From Planctomycetota bacterium (lineage in GTDB: Bacteria > Planctomycetota > UBA1135 > UBA2386): a stretch of 36,061 nucleotides of DNA. Position numbers and translations under genes: made by a program. The stretch covers positions 1 through 36,061 of the forward strand of contig CANMWZ010000043.1 in the NCBI GenBank assembly GCA_947501605.1. The letters are read 5' to 3'. Under the pieces are notes generated by a model, which made no database searches, was not told where the DNA came from, and worked only from the letters and a program-made list of their open reading frames with translations. Positions 7,547 through 16,807 of the stretch are shown here, in pieces. Numbering within the stretch: position 1 is the first letter of the stretch; each line of letters begins with the position of its first letter.

Positions 7547-10251
7547 AGTTGCTTCGCGCCGTCGTTCGCAACTACCGCGTTCACCGCGAGGTCGCGGTCG
7601 AGTTCGGGCCCACGGTCACGGTGATCGCCGCGCCCAACGAGTTCGGCAAGAGCACCTTGCTCGAAGCGATCCATCGCGCGCTGTTCTTGAAGCACCGCAC
7701 CGGTGGCCAGATCCGCGCCGGCATGGGCAGCCGCCACGGCGGTCACCCCGAGGTCGAGCTGCACTTCTCGGCGGCTGGTTCGCAATGGCGCTTGCGCAAA
7801 GTGTTCGCCGGGTCTTCTGGCAGTTGCGAACTGACGGATACGAGTGCCGCGAAGACCTGGAAGGCCGACGAGGCCGAGCAACGCCTTGCGCAGTTGACCG
7901 GCCGCGAGGCGATCGGTGCCAATCAGAAGGAACTCGATGCCGCGTGGGACCACCTGTGGGTCTGGCAGGGGACGGCCGATGCCGATCCGCTGAAGTCTGA
8001 ATCGGCCGGTGAACTACAACGCGCGCTCGATGCACGTTCAGGCGATGCGGCGAGCGCAGCACTCGCTGGCGCCGACGCCGCCCTGTCCGCGGCGCTGCAG
8101 CAGATCGTCGATGCGACGTGGACCAAAACGCGGAAGGACCTGAAGAGCGACAGCGAGGCAAAGCGGCTCGAAGCCACATGCACTCTGGCGAAGGCGGCGC
8201 TCGAGCAGGCAGAGACGCAGAAGCAGCAGCGCCGCGAGCTGGTGGACAACCTCAACGAGATCCGCCGCGAACTCGCGCGCCAGAAGCCTGAGTTCGCCGC
8301 GATCGAGCCAGAGCTGAGCACACTGCAGCAAGAGGTCCGCCGGCTCGAGGCGATCGAGACCGAGGTGAGAGGGTCCCGTGACCAGCTCGGCCGCGAACAA
8401 CAAGCACTCACCGCGCTCGAACGCGAGGTCGCGGTGATCGCGAGCAATCGGCAGTTGCACGCGGCTGCGGGCAGCAAGCTACGCGAGCTGCGGCACGCCG
8501 AGCAGACGCTGGCCGATGGCCGCGACCGCGAGCGCGAACGTGCCGCTGCGGCACGCACTCGGATCGGCGAGGCCGAAGTGCGCCGCGAGCGCGCGCGCGA
8601 CCACGCGCAGTTCGTGCGGCTCTGCCTCGAGATCGGAGAGAAGGAAACGCGTCTGCGCGAGTTGGAGATCGAGGCCGAGACGTTCGCTGTCCTGCAACGC
8701 GACTCCGAGCACGCGCAGCGCGCGCTCGACGAAGCGGTGGTCGTTCGCGACGACGATCTCGCGAGGTTCGCGGACCTCGACCGCAGCGAACGTTCGGCGC
8801 GCGATCGTCTGCTCGGTGCCTCGGTGCGCATCGTCCGCACCAGCGGCTCGTCGCCGATGACGATCGACGGCGCGCCATTCTTGAATGGGCAACCGGTGCA
8901 TGCGGCCAACGTGGTCGAACTGCGCCACGAAGACGGCACGGTGGTGCAGGTGCAACCGGGTGGCGAGGATCTCGACGCTCTGCGAACGGCGGCCGCGGCG
9001 ACCCGCGACGCGCTCCTCGACGCGCTGCGTGGCAAAGGGATCGCAAACCTCGAGGATGCGCGCGAACGCGGCCGTAACTACGCCGAGCTGGCCGAGGCCG
9101 TTCGGACCAAGCGGGCCCTGTTCCAAGCCGCGCGCAACCCGATCGAAGATCGAAAGCGCCTGCCGGGCGAGCTCCAGGGTCTGCGCGCGCGCGCCGACGA
9201 ACTTCGCAGCAAGGGGCTCGAGGCGAACGGTGACGCGATGGCGTTGGACGCTGTCGTCCGCGACCAAGACGCCGAGATCGCGATGCTGCGCGCTTTGGCG
9301 GCGAAGCACGACGAGGAGGTGCGCAGCAAGGACGCTGCGGGCTCGTCGATGCGGCTCCAGGTGGAGACCGAAGTGCGCGCCGAGACCCAACTGGCGACAG
9401 CGATCGATGAGGCCGAGCGCCGCCTCGGCGACGCCGATGCCCGCGCGCAACTGGTCGCTGCGACCAAGGCGACCCTCGCGACGCTCACGCGCACCATCGA
9501 GCAAGCAGCGCCCGCGATCGAAGGTTTGCCGCTGCTGCGCGGCAAGCACGAGGTGTTGCAGAGGAGCCGCGACTCGCTGCATTCATCGATCCTCGAGCTC
9601 GGCGGTCGCGCGTCCCAGTTGGCTGAACAACTGCAAGGCGACCATGGCGAAGACCTCGATGCAGCGATCGAAGAACGGACCTCGCGGCTGGCGCGCGCGC
9701 AGCAGATGGCGGTCAACGCGCGCGCTCGCGCCGAGGGCGACAAGTTGCTGCTCACGGTGATGGAAGGGCTGCAGCGCGAACGTCAATCGCGCCGCGAGGC
9801 GCCGTTCTTGAAGGCGTGTGCCGACTATCTGGCCTTGGCGCACGGGCCGGGCATCCGGCTCGGCCTCGACGGCGAAACCGACCGCACGCTGGGACTCGTC
9901 GACCGCACGAGTCAGGGGCTCGGCGCCTTCGCCTTCCGCGACCTGAGCCACGGCGGGCAAGAACTGACGGCGCTGGCGGTGCGACTGGCGATGGCGGAAG
10001 TGCTGGCGGCAGAACAGGCGGATCGGTGCGTGCCGTTGGTGCTCGACGACGCGGTCACCAACGTCGATCCGGAAAGGCTGCGGCAGGTGGGATTCTTGCT
10101 CGCGCACGCGGCGACCCGCGGCGTGCAGGTGGTGTTCGCGTTGTGCGATGTCGAGCGCGCGTCGTGGTTGCGCGCCGAACGGATGGTGCGCCTGCAGCGG
10201 CCGGAGTGGGGGACGTCGGCGCCGATCGCGGTGGGCGGTGACGGCGAGTGA
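7543..10251 (+). CDS. Rad50/SbcC-like (YhaN-like) coiled-coil ABC ATPase
   Basis: GTGA overlap with the nuclease gene; Walker A APNEFGKST, long coiled coil, signature LSHGGQE, Walker B VLDDA. Confidence 0.88.
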   Translation: MKLLRAVVRNYRVHREVAVEFGPTVTVIAAPNEFGKSTLLEAIHRALFLKHRTGGQIRAGMGSRHGGHPEVELHFSAAGSQWRLRKVFAGSSGSCELTDTSAAKTWKADEAEQRLAQLTGREAIGANQKELDAAWDHLWVWQGTADADPLKSESAGELQRALDARSGDAASAALAGADAALSAALQQIVDATWTKTRKDLKSDSEAKRLEATCTLAKAALEQAETQKQQRRELVDNLNEIRRELARQKPEFAAIEPELSTLQQEVRRLEAIETEVRGSRDQLGREQQALTALEREVAVIASNRQLHAAAGSKLRELRHAEQTLADGRDRERERAAAARTRIGEAEVRRERARDHAQFVRLCLEIGEKETRLRELEIEAETFAVLQRDSEHAQRALDEAVVVRDDDLARFADLDRSERSARDRLLGASVRIVRTSGSSPMTIDGAPFLNGQPVHAANVVELRHEDGTVVQVQPGGEDLDALRTAAAATRDALLDALRGKGIANLEDARERGRNYAELAEAVRTKRALFQAARNPIEDRKRLPGELQGLRARADELRSKGLEANGDAMALDAVVRDQDAEIAMLRALAAKHDEEVRSKDAAGSSMRLQVETEVRAETQLATAIDEAERRLGDADARAQLVAATKATLATLTRTIEQAAPAIEGLPLLRGKHEVLQRSRDSLHSSILELGGRASQLAEQLQGDHGEDLDAAIEERTSRLARAQQMAVNARARAEGDKLLLTVMEGLQRERQSRREAPFLKACADYLALAHGPGIRLGLDGETDRTLGLVDRTSQGLGAFAFRDLSHGGQELTALAVRLAMAEVLAAEQADRCVPLVLDDAVTNVDPERLRQVGFLLAHAATRGVQVVFALCDVERASWLRAERMVRLQRPEWGTSAPIAVGGDGE

Positions 10252-10260
10252 CGCTGGCGG

Positions 10261-10800
10261 TCAGTCGCCGCCCGCGGGCGCAGTGTGCTCGGTCGACGCG
10301 GTCGGCTCCACCAACGTTGCTTCCACCTGGCCGATCAGATGGGCGATGCGCCACTGACGGTCCTTCCCGAGTCGCCACATGGCGACGTAGTGAAACACCA
10401 CGTGCTGCGCGCCCTTTTGGTGGGGCGCGACGTCGGCGTGGATCGCGCCGAGTTCCCACGCCAAGTCGCCATCGACCCGCAGCGCTTCGGTGATGTTGCG
10501 ACTACTCAGGATCGCACCCGCATCGAGGCCGCGGCGCTCCATCGTCTCGACGGCAGCCTTGCCGCGAATCATCGGCGTACCTTCGATCGCGTAGACCACG
10601 TCGTCGGTGTAGATCGCGAGCAGGCCTTGGAGATCGCGGCGCTGGGCGGCCTCGATGTGCGCGTTCCAGGCTTCGCGAATCGACTGGCGTACGAGGCCCG
10701 CGCCGTCGCCGAGCAGGCGCGCGCCCGGCGCACTGCAGGAAGACAGCGCCAACGCGGCGGCGAACATGACGGCGAAGGAGTGAGTGCCTCGAGCGAACAT
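10261..10800 (-). CDS. NTF2-like (SnoaL/DUF4440-type) lipoprotein
   Basis: Lipobox LSSC; RDLQGLLAIYTDDVV...IRGKAAV...GDLAWELG...MWR...QWRIA pattern. Confidence 0.8.
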   Translation of the reverse strand: MFARGTHSFAVMFAAALALSSCSAPGARLLGDGAGLVRQSIREAWNAHIEAAQRRDLQGLLAIYTDDVVYAIEGTPMIRGKAAVETMERRGLDAGAILSSRNITEALRVDGDLAWELGAIHADVAPHQKGAQHVVFHYVAMWRLGKDRQWRIAHLIGQVEATLVEPTASTEHTAPAGGD

Positions 10801-10859
10801 GGCGAAACGGTAGCGCGCGGATTTGCGGACGGAATGCAGGCGTGCGTTCCACTCTCTAC

Positions 10860-12620
10860 ATGGAGTGGAGAAGGAGAGTCGTGTTGATCGTCTGGGCGAC
10901 CCTGGTGTTACCGGTGCTGGTGGGGCCCCTTTGCGCTGGCGGCGAACGTCGTGTTGCCGCGGCGGCGTTGTCTACCGGCGCGCTGTGGCCGCAGTCGGCG
11001 AACCAGCCCTCGTGGCAATGGGTCGCACAGCTGCGCCACGGCGCGCCGGTTTCGGGGACGGGGACCTCTGGGAATGCGAACACGGGGACGCTGTTGCCTG
11101 CTACTGGGGTCAATGCGGCCACGACCGCTCTGGGCGGCCGCATCGCGTTCGTCGCCGGGATCGCCGGCAGTCCGCGCAATCAGGGGGTGTTCACTGCCGA
11201 TGCCTCAGGCCTGCGCGCGATCGCGATCGGGTGCGGTGGCGGCGGTGGTTCGGGCGTTCACGGCACGCTCGGCGATGTGGCCCCCGGGGGAGGTCTCTTC
11301 GCCGGCATGTTCCAGGGCACCGCGTTTGCGCCGGCACTCGCGGCCGACGGGTCGGTTCTGTTCGTCGCCGATCTCGTCGGTGGACCAAGCTCGAGGGCGC
11401 TGTTCTTGTTCGAGGCGACCGCGCAGCGTCTCGTCCGCATTGCTGGCGTTGGCGATCCATCGCCGCTCGGCGGCAGCTTTGCGAGCATCGGTCCTGGGGT
11501 GCACGCCGCCGATGGCGCAGTCCTGTTTGTGGCGCAACGGCCGGGGGTCGCTGGCGGTGAGTTCTTTCACTGGCAGAACGGCATCGTGCAGCGTTTGGCG
11601 GCTTCGGGCGATGCATTGCCTCTAGGCGGGTCGATCGCACTGCTCGCGACCGAAGTGGTGGCCTTCGTCGATGGCACTAACATGGCGATCGGACCGCTGC
11701 CGTTTGCGGACGCCTGCGGCACCGTCGCGTTTCGGGTGCATGGCAGTGGTGGCGCGCCGCACAGTGGCATCGTGGTCCGCCGCGACGGCCAGGACTCGTG
11801 GTGGCTGCGAAGCGGGGACGCGACGCCAGCAGGCGGGGTCTACATCGGCTTTGGCGGCCCGGTGCTCGGCGGTAGCGAGCTCGCGGTTTACGCCGAGCAC
11901 ACATCGAACGGCGGGCCGACGGCTGGTTGGTTTGTCGGCAAGCCCAACTCGTGGCGGCGGGCGCTCGGGTACTTCGATCTGGTCGACGGTGGTCAGTGCC
12001 TGGGGCTGGCGATGTCGCGGGCGCCGATGACGCCGCTCGACGATCGCGGCGATCTGGTGGTGTGGTGCGACCTCGACATCCAGGGTGGTCGCGATCGCCT
12101 CGTGCTGTGTCGTCGCGACGGCACGCAGCAGGTGCTCGCGCGCCGCGGTGAGCAGGCACCCGGTGGCGGGCTCCTTGGCGAACTCGGCGGCTGGCCTTCG
12201 CTCGACAGCGGCGGGCGCTGCGTAGTGTCGGCGCAAGTGCAGTTCGCGGCAGCCACCTGCGGACACTTCACGCTTGCTGCCGACGAACCGCGTCTCGCCG
12301 CGCCTCCTTGTGCCGCGCTTGGCTCAGAGCTCCGCGTGGATGCCACCGGGCCGTTGGGCGCGCACTTCGCGCTCGCGGTGTCGACCAGCGCTACCGAAGT
12401 GCCGCTGCCGCCGTTTGGCGTGCTGCGCATTGGGCCCGATCCGATTGTCTGGCTGCTGCCCGCGACGCCATTTCTCGGCTACGCCGTGCCCCACGCAGGT
12501 CGGTGGACACTGCCCGACGACGCAGGGCTGATCGGCACGTCGCTGCACTTCCAGGCGCTGGCTCTGCTGACAGGATCGGCCCGTTTGACCGAAGCCGTGG
12601 CGACGCGCATGAGGCCGTGA
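10860..12620 (+). CDS. Secreted Gly-rich repeat (probable beta-propeller) protein
   Basis: Hydrophobic N-terminus; repeated (IA/LA)xxGDxxPxGGxF units with GxVxF strands; ends in a domain with GTSLHFQAL...LTEAV. Start could be ATG 10860 or GTG 10881. Confidence 0.7.
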   Translation: MEWRRRVVLIVWATLVLPVLVGPLCAGGERRVAAAALSTGALWPQSANQPSWQWVAQLRHGAPVSGTGTSGNANTGTLLPATGVNAATTALGGRIAFVAGIAGSPRNQGVFTADASGLRAIAIGCGGGGGSGVHGTLGDVAPGGGLFAGMFQGTAFAPALAADGSVLFVADLVGGPSSRALFLFEATAQRLVRIAGVGDPSPLGGSFASIGPGVHAADGAVLFVAQRPGVAGGEFFHWQNGIVQRLAASGDALPLGGSIALLATEVVAFVDGTNMAIGPLPFADACGTVAFRVHGSGGAPHSGIVVRRDGQDSWWLRSGDATPAGGVYIGFGGPVLGGSELAVYAEHTSNGGPTAGWFVGKPNSWRRALGYFDLVDGGQCLGLAMSRAPMTPLDDRGDLVVWCDLDIQGGRDRLVLCRRDGTQQVLARRGEQAPGGGLLGELGGWPSLDSGGRCVVSAQVQFAAATCGHFTLAADEPRLAAPPCAALGSELRVDATGPLGAHFALAVSTSATEVPLPPFGVLRIGPDPIVWLLPATPFLGYAVPHAGRWTLPDDAGLIGTSLHFQALALLTGSARLTEAVATRMRP

Positions 12621-12707
12621 GTTACCGGCTCGACACACTCCGGCATCGACGCGCCCCCACTCGCCCTGGATCCAGGCTACGCTGCGCGCCGCGCCCTGGA
12701 GCCACGG

Positions 12708-12820
12708 GCGCACAGTTCACTCCGCGCCGGGGGAGATCACCCCGCGCACAGTTCACTCCGCGCCGGGGGAGACCACCCCGCGCACAGTTCATTCCGCGCC
12801 GGGGGAAACCACCCCGCGCA
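12708..12820. repeat. Tandem repeat, 3 x 36 bp plus 5 bp
   Basis: Unit GCGCACAGTTCA(C/T)TCCGCGCCGGGGGA(G/A)A(T/C)CACCCC at 12708, 12744 and 12780, then GCGCA. No spacers. Confidence 0.92.
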
Positions 12821-12831
12821 GGCAGGCACTC

Positions 12832-13191
12832 ATGCTCTGGGACTACTTGCTCTACTCGCGGACGGGCATTGCCGAGGCCCGGGCCCTCGACGCTTCTGCG
12901 ATTGCGCGCGACGCCAAGACGGACGTGCACTTTGCCAAGGATGCGCTCGAACGGCTCGTGTTGGTCAATCGCGCCATGTGGGAATTGCTCGCGGCCAAGA
13001 CTGGCTGCACCGAGCAGGAGCTGGTCGCCAAAGTGGAGGAACTCGACCAGCGCGACGGGCTGAGCGACGGCAAGTTGCGCGAGTCGCCTCGCGGTTGCGC
13101 GAGCTGTGGTCGCCCCCTTGGTCGACATCGCCCGCACTGCCTGTATTGCGGAGCGCGTAATGCCGGCTCGGATCCGTTCCCTCGACCTTGA
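12832..13191 (+). CDS. Small hypothetical protein with C-terminal zinc ribbon
   Basis: Helical N-terminal part, ELDQRDGLSDG segment, then CASC...CLYCG (2x CxxC). Confidence 0.75.
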   Translation: MLWDYLLYSRTGIAEARALDASAIARDAKTDVHFAKDALERLVLVNRAMWELLAAKTGCTEQELVAKVEELDQRDGLSDGKLRESPRGCASCGRPLGRHRPHCLYCGARNAGSDPFPRP

Positions 13192-13288
13192 GCCGCGCGC
13201 CGGCACCCGAGGCGGCAGCCGCAGCTTCCGCTACTGCGTGCTGGGCGTCATCATGACCCGCCCCAACCTTCTCCAGGTGCTCTTGCTC

Positions 13289-15763
13289 ATGCTTCGAGTC
13301 GTGCTGCCGTCCGCTCTCGTTGTTCTCGGTCTTGCACCTTTGGTTGCACAGCAGCAATCCGCACCAAAGCCGGCCTCGACGTTTCGCGTTGGCCAGGCTC
13401 TCGTCGAGGTCCAAGGGGACGGCGCGCGGGTCAGTCGCGACGCCGGGCGGACCTTCGCCGCACTGCCCGCGACCGACAATCGTCTGCATTTGCGCAGCGG
13501 TGTGTTCGATCCGCTGCTCCAGCCGCAGCGTTTCGATGGCCTGCTGGCCGCACCGCCGAGCGGCCGCCTGTTCTGCGTGCAGTCGCGAACCGCGATCCTG
13601 CCGGAGTACCGGGCAGCGCTCGAAGCCCTGGGCTTCGAGGTTGTCGCCTACTTGCCGCAGAACGCCTACGTCGTGCGCGGCGAACGCCCAGCTTCGCTGC
13701 TGCTCGTGCAAGAATCGTGGGTGCGCTCCGTCGGCGCCATCGCGGTCGGACAGAAGCTCGACCCGGCCTTGTTCTCGCTGCTCGCGGCGGTGGGGCCGGA
13801 GACGCCTGCTCTGTTCCATGTCGTGCTGGCGAAGAAGTCGGATCGCGATCGCCTCGTGCGTGAGATCGCTGACGTTGGTGGCGTCGTGACCGACCGCCAG
13901 GAAGGTTCAATCTTCCTGATCGCGTCGCTGCTGCCGACTCAGCTCGCGCGCGTTGTGGCGCTCGACTCCGTGCTCTGGATCGATGCCGCGGACAGCATCG
14001 AGTTCGACATGGACAACGCGCGCATCCAGGGCGGTGGCAACTACGTCGAGTCGATGGCGGGCTACACCGGCGTCGGCGTTCGCGCCGAGATCAGCGAAGG
14101 CCTCGATCAGACGCATCCCGACTGGACCAATCCAGTGCTCGTCCGGTTTGACAGCACGGACCAGCACGGTCATTGCACGGCGATGATCGTTGGCGGCAAC
14201 GGTTCGGGCAACGCCGCCGCCCGCGGCATGATCCCTGACGCACAGGTCATCGAGTCGAGCGTCAACGCGTGGGGCGGCTTGTCGCGCTTCGCGGTGATCC
14301 AAGGTAGTTGCGATCCTGCTGGCCCGTGGCGCGCCATGCAGCAGACTGCGAGTTGGGGTAGCACGCTGACGCTCGACTACACCTCGACCAGTGCGGCTCT
14401 CGATGACGCGCTGTTCACGTTTGACTTCGTCTTGACGCAGAGCCAGAGCAATGCTGGAGGCTCGGCCATTCCGCAGAACTCGCGGCCGCAGGCTTGGGCC
14501 AAGAACGTGATCTCGGTCGGCGGCGTTCGGCACCTCAACAACTCCAACCCTGCAGACGATGTCTGGTCGACGGCGAGCATCGGTCCCGCCAGCGACGGAC
14601 GTATCAAGCCCGAGATCTGCGCCTACTACGAAAGCGTGCTGTGCGGGGACTTGCCGGGCGCTGCTGGCTACTCGGCCACCGACTATTACTCGAGCTTCAG
14701 CGGCACGTCGTCGGCAACGCCGATCGTCAGTGGCCACGTTGGCATCCTGCAGCAGATGTTCACCGACGGACTGTTCCACAATCCGTTGCCGCAGCCAGCG
14801 ATCGCCGCGTTTCGCTTCGAGAACAAAGCGCACATGACCACGACCAAGAGTCTGTTGGTCAACACCGCCGCCAGTTACGCCTTCAGCGGTACGACGGCCA
14901 ACCTCACGCGCACGCACCAGGGCTGGGGCTTTCCCGATCTGCGCCGCGTCTACGACAACCGCGACAACCTGTTGGTGATCGACGAGTACACGGCGCTGCA
15001 GCAGAGCCAGTCGCGGTCGTACTTTGTCTGGATCCGTCCGGGCACGTCGACTTTCCGGGCGACGATGACCTATGCCGATCCCGCTGCCGTTCCGCTGGCG
15101 GCGATCCACCGCGTCAATAGCGTCGACCTCGAGGTCGCGCAGTTGGTCGGCGGCACCACTTGGTGGGGCAACAACGGCCTCGACATCGGCAACGTCAGCA
15201 CGCCGTTTGGCGTCGCCAACGACCTCGACACGACCGAGAACGTCTGGCTCTCCAACCCGACGCCTGGCATCTACGAGATCACGGTCTCGGCGCCGACGAT
15301 CGTGCAGGACGGGCGCGTCGAGACGCCCGAACTCGACATCGACTACGCACTGGTGGTGCATCCGGTGGGTGGTGGCTTCCATCGCCAGACCGCGATGAAC
15401 CTCGACCTCGTCGCCGCGACGCCGGGCCAACTCGACGTGCAGTTGACCGGTGTCCCGTCCGGCTGGACCGAGGGCTACACGTTCTTCTCCCTGGCGACGA
15501 GCGGTCCCAAGGGCTTTGGCAACCTGTTCGGCGTCGAGCGCGACTTCCTGGTCGATGCGATTCTGGTCGAGCCTGCGATCCCCGGCGGCATCCTGCACTT
15601 CACCAACAATGGCGTCGGCAGTTACCCGTACGCGACGTTCTCGTTTCCGCCCGGCCTGATCCTGCAACTCAGCGGGCTCACGATCGACGCGATGGTGATG
15701 TTGATGACGCCGTCTGGGGTCGTCGTCGAGCAGTCCAACGTCGACCGCGTCACGCTGCAATGA
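13289..15763 (+). CDS. Secreted S8 (subtilisin-like) serine peptidase
   Basis: Signal peptide; prodomain YLPQNAY; HGHCTAMIVGG (His), AKNVISVG, GPASDGRIKPEI, FSGTSSATP (Ser), HQGWG. Alternative start ATG 13253. Confidence 0.88.
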   Translation: MLRVVLPSALVVLGLAPLVAQQQSAPKPASTFRVGQALVEVQGDGARVSRDAGRTFAALPATDNRLHLRSGVFDPLLQPQRFDGLLAAPPSGRLFCVQSRTAILPEYRAALEALGFEVVAYLPQNAYVVRGERPASLLLVQESWVRSVGAIAVGQKLDPALFSLLAAVGPETPALFHVVLAKKSDRDRLVREIADVGGVVTDRQEGSIFLIASLLPTQLARVVALDSVLWIDAADSIEFDMDNARIQGGGNYVESMAGYTGVGVRAEISEGLDQTHPDWTNPVLVRFDSTDQHGHCTAMIVGGNGSGNAAARGMIPDAQVIESSVNAWGGLSRFAVIQGSCDPAGPWRAMQQTASWGSTLTLDYTSTSAALDDALFTFDFVLTQSQSNAGGSAIPQNSRPQAWAKNVISVGGVRHLNNSNPADDVWSTASIGPASDGRIKPEICAYYESVLCGDLPGAAGYSATDYYSSFSGTSSATPIVSGHVGILQQMFTDGLFHNPLPQPAIAAFRFENKAHMTTTKSLLVNTAASYAFSGTTANLTRTHQGWGFPDLRRVYDNRDNLLVIDEYTALQQSQSRSYFVWIRPGTSTFRATMTYADPAAVPLAAIHRVNSVDLEVAQLVGGTTWWGNNGLDIGNVSTPFGVANDLDTTENVWLSNPTPGIYEITVSAPTIVQDGRVETPELDIDYALVVHPVGGGFHRQTAMNLDLVAATPGQLDVQLTGVPSGWTEGYTFFSLATSGPKGFGNLFGVERDFLVDAILVEPAIPGGILHFTNNGVGSYPYATFSFPPGLILQLSGLTIDAMVMLMTPSGVVVEQSNVDRVTLQ

Positions 15764-15784
15764 TCGGCGCGAGCGTCGGCGCGA

Positions 15785-16807
15785 TCACTCGGTCGCGACG
15801 ACGTTCGCGGCAAACAACGCCTCGCGCGTCCTGAGCCCGCGCCAGCCTTCGCGCAGCACGACGTGGCCGACCGGAGCGCGCAGCGACGAACCCGGACCAG
15901 CACACAGCAGCACGTCGGGGTTGAATTCGCGCATCGCCGTGCGCACCGACGCGGTGAAGTCGAAGGTCTCGAGCACCTGGGCCTTGGTCGTGTAGTCGAG
16001 CAGTTCGCTCGGGTCCGCCGACCAAGGCGAGTGCACGTTGCCGAAGCCGTCGATCAGGTGGCAGTCGGGCATGCGCATCGGCAGGTCCATCAACATCTCG
16101 GTCGCCTGCTGCGAGGTGCTCGCGCACAGTTGCGTGTGGAACGGCCCGTGCCCGGCCAGCCGGAACGGGAACTCGCGTTCGCCGACCTTGACCTTCGGCA
16201 GTTCGGCGAGCAGCGCTTGCACGCCGAGCTCGGTTCCAGCGAGCACTTCGTGGCCGCCGAGGCGGATGCTGCGGGCGACGAAGTGGTCACTGCCCCGCGC
16301 TGCGACCGTTCGCAGGCTCTGTTCGATCGCGCCCGCGAGCTTGGCGTCGGGCAGCCAGTCCTCGCCAACTGCAGTCGTGAGAATCTGGCCACCGGCGACC
16401 TGCTTCTGCAGGGCCGCCATCGTCGCCACGAGCCGCCAACCGGACGCGGGATCGAGCGCGCCGCTCGCCGGCAGCGCCGTGTACCAGCCAAGCGAGTTGC
16501 CGGCGACCGCGACGATGCGATACCGCTCGCGCAGTTGCGCCACGTGCGCCATGGTCGCGAAGTAGATCAACTCGGCGGCGTTCTCGCCGTCGAGGTGCAA
16601 GCCTGGTCGAAACTGCGCCGCTGCGTCGATCTCGCGGATCGTGGGCTTGCCCTGTTCCTTGCGCCACGCATCGCTCTGGTCGAGCGCCGCTGCGACCTCG
16701 GCCGCGAGCGCCGAGCCGCCTGGCAGCGTGCGGTGCACGAAGCCGAGTTCGCCCTTTGCGTAGCTGCCGCGACCAGGACACAACAACACTGCGGTCTTCT
16801 GGCTCAT
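15785..16807 (-). CDS. FabD-like acyltransferase (atypical)
   Basis: CPGRGSY (FabD FPGQGSQ), GNSLG nucleophile elbow, GHGPFHT; ATGA overlap with the upstream E1 gene. Confidence 0.8.
   Translation of the reverse strand: MSQKTAVLLCPGRGSYAKGELGFVHRTLPGGSALAAEVAAALDQSDAWRKEQGKPTIREIDAAAQFRPGLHLDGENAAELIYFATMAHVAQLRERYRIVAVAGNSLGWYTALPASGALDPASGWRLVATMAALQKQVAGGQILTTAVGEDWLPDAKLAGAIEQSLRTVAARGSDHFVARSIRLGGHEVLAGTELGVQALLAELPKVKVGEREFPFRLAGHGPFHTQLCASTSQQATEMLMDLPMRMPDCHLIDGFGNVHSPWSADPSELLDYTTKAQVLETFDFTASVRTAMREFNPDVLLCAGPGSSLRAPVGHVVLREGWRGLRTREALFAANVVATE

Noticed and set aside
6386..10251. Wadjet or Lamassu defence system
   Set aside because: No kleisin/KITE/Toprim (JetABD) or LmuA/LmuC-like partners. 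The nuclease is an Mre11-type phosphoesterase.
12708..12820. CRISPR array
   Set aside because: Units are head-to-tail with no unique spacers, and there are no cas genes or AT-rich leader. Kept only as a tandem repeat.
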